Part shown: positions 31,736 through 32,000 of the stretch, piece after piece
Numbering within the stretch: the first letter of the stretch is position 1
Layout: each line of letters begins with the position of its first letter
DNA from: Mycobacterium phage Sorpresa
Direction: 5' to 3' (one strand)
Sequence record: PQ184814.1
Length of the DNA: 32,000 nt
Made by a program: the position numbers and the translations under genes
The notes under the pieces: generated by a model
Databases searched by the model: none
What the model was told of the DNA's origin: nothing
What the model saw: the letters and a program-made list of their open reading frames with translations, nothing else

Positions 31736-31736
31736 G
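31724..31736 (+). promoter_or_regulatory. Operator (exact consensus)
   Basis: gttacgtgtcaag. Confidence 0.95.
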
Positions 31737-31749
31737 CCCCCATGCACAC

Positions 31750-31780
31750 GAAAGAACCCCCGACCCGAAGGCCGAGGGCT
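31750..31780 (-). terminator. Intrinsic terminator, leftward
   Basis: Minus CCCTCGGCC TTCG GGTCGGGGG TTCTTT. Confidence 0.8.
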
Positions 31781-31796
31781 CGATCAGCTGGGTCGA

Positions 31797-32000
31797 TCAG
31801 CGGAGGCTGTCGATGTGGATGCAGCCGACTTTGTCGGGGCCGAACTCGGGGCTGAACCCGAGCACCTCATCCTCCTCGCAAGGGAACGACGACTGATCGA
31901 ACGTGATCGGATCGGCCGATGCGATCCACGTCGGAGTCGCGATGACAGCCGGAGCTGCGATGAGGAAGAAGCCGGCTGCGATGCGCTTGGTGATGGACAT
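31797..32000 (-). CDS. Secreted small protein (67 aa)
   Basis: MSITKRIAAGFFLIAAPAVIATPTWIASADPITF signal peptide; may be first-gene or extend to another start outside window. Confidence 0.7.
   Translation of the reverse strand: MSITKRIAAGFFLIAAPAVIATPTWIASADPITFDQSSFPCEEDEVLGFSPEFGPDKVGCIHIDSLR

Noticed and set aside
1-32000. CRISPR arrays, insertion sequences, rRNA genes
   Set aside because: No regularly spaced direct repeats, no IS termini or full transposase, no rRNA-like sequence seen.

Overview
This window is a right-centre segment of a temperate actinobacteriophage that closely resembles mycobacteriophage Bxb1 (Cluster A, A1-like). The calls come from reading the sequence and from recall of the Bxb1 literature; no database search was run. 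The left part (1-9.4 kb) is rightward tail/minor-tail genes. It includes a beta-lactamase/D-Ala-D-Ala carboxypeptidase-like tail protein with a fibronectin-III domain split over two overlapping ORFs. A short secreted-protein gene follows behind a repressor-operator promoter. At 9.88-11.44 kb lie a near-perfect Bxb1 attP (50 bp, one difference from my recollection) and the Bxb1-like serine integrase. From 11.5 kb to the end, genes are leftward. They include a Mom-like DNA-modification candidate, DNA polymerase I, a sigma-like/HTH protein, a calcineurin-like phosphoesterase equivalent to the Bxb1 excision factor gp47, a split primase, endonuclease VII, a glutaredoxin-like protein, a DnaB/RecA-like ATPase, a Cas4/RecB-like nuclease, an IS110-C-terminal-like HhH protein, an Imm-superinfection-like membrane protein, the immunity repressor and many small genes. 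About 17 exact and several degenerate 13-bp stoperators (GTTACGWDTCAAG) are oriented with transcription. Four or five overlap good -35/-10 promoters, and three of these place the predicted +1 on or next to an ATG (leaderless). The most interesting items are: (1) an identical 32-bp promoter/operator module at the early promoter and, inverted 22 kb away, before a secreted gene; (2) the leaderless early promoter set; (3) the Mom-like modification operon; (4) the split FN3 and split primase reading frames; (5) several untracked micro-ORFs encoding 21-48 aa membrane peptides; (6) a promoter reading into a noncoding tRNA-like element; (7) a C15 homopolymer in a structured intergenic region; and (8) a likely ATT start codon.
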